A DNA stretch of 64,000 bases, taken from positions 62,001 to 126,000 of the forward strand of contig NMRA01000074.1 of the NCBI GenBank assembly GCA_002633005.1, given 5' to 3'. The notes under the pieces are model-generated. The model was not told where the DNA came from. It searched no databases and saw only the letters and a list, made by a program, of their open reading frames with translations. The stretch is from Phoronis australis (lineage: Eukaryota; Animalia; Phoronida). A program made the translations under genes and the position numbers. Positions 63,230 to 64,000 of this stretch are shown one piece after another; within the stretch, counting starts at the first letter, position 1; the number at the start of each line of letters is the position of its first letter.

Positions 63230-64000
63230 TCATTGACAATTTATTCTTTATAGTTCCGCATGCAAAACTGGAACATTTCAATTCCTATAACAGGCGTTTT
63301 GGAGAACATTAGCCAAACCCGATAATATCTGAAAGTTTCTTATGAATCCGTTCAGCTACGTCTGACATATCATGTTCCGAAGTTGGCCAAAATTTAACAT
63401 TTTTTCTACGGTCCGACATAACCAAGAGTTTTAACCGAATTTTCACCACGCTGACATTATTGCGGACCTGTGATGGTTTTTAAACCACAGATAATGCCCA
63501 CGTTTGTGTGGCAAACTACTTGTTTGGTACCCTATCAGGTCGGCGCTCTGCAGAAAAGGCAACACTGTACTACCCCAATGCTAGCCTCGTTCGTTCCCAA
63601 GCCTCTAGATGGAGCTGATCTGTTTAGCCATTTGACGATGTTGTTCTTCAACTTGGAATCATGAGTGAACTTGAAATAAATTTCTATTCCAAGTTCACGC
63701 AAGTGATCTTGAGATTACGCAAGCAATTGCGACATCTAGTGTGCAACTGTTAACTAAAATTTCGAATGGTGGACATGAATTCGTTTGTCGTGAGTTATTG
63801 TTTCTGTTTTAATTATTTTTATTGCCCATTCTGTATGTTATTCTGGTATTGGTAAATGTTTCCAAAGGTGGTTTGACTGGGATGGTTGGGTTTGTGACCG
63901 AGGGGCTGAAATGATTGGCAACCTGGGACCTTTGCAATGAAAAGGATTAAGATCATTAAGAGCAATGAATGTACCGTACCGAGAGGGGTTTTGCATTGAA

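Noticed and set aside
63230-63281. N-terminal part of the 85-aa ORF as LINE ORF1
   Set aside because: Lies in the TSD and flanking host DNA; the open frame there is fortuitous.

Overview
Eukaryotic (animal, probably marine invertebrate) draft-assembly DNA, AT-rich and dense in transposon debris, with one 135-N gap (9946-10080) and one single N (50179). Three host genes can be read by hand: a minus-strand tandem C2H2 zinc-finger gene running off the left edge, with two duplicated 111-nt coiled-coil exons; a small plus-strand RNF24/RNF122-like RING-H2 gene (16.4-17.8 kb); and a minus-strand SLC22 organic cation transporter-like gene with 9 phase-consistent coding exons (29.6-39.3 kb; first exon not found). 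Mobile DNA includes a young 5'-truncated LINE with intact APE-RT-CCHC ORF2 and a perfect 15-bp TSD (59467-63229), an older decayed relative, two Kolobok-type deletion derivatives (convergent KolX/P2X7-ballast-like and THAP remnants), a decayed THAP domain resembling vertebrate THAP11/Ronin, an EnSpm/CACTA-like end with a palindromic subterminal array, nested Helentron-associated (HINE/DINE-like) elements carrying arrays of CTCF-like motifs, long foldback elements and several MITEs, including 35-bp and 51-bp micro-elements with perfect TSDs. I found no prokaryotic system, CRISPR array or rRNA. All calls come from manual reading; no database searches were run.
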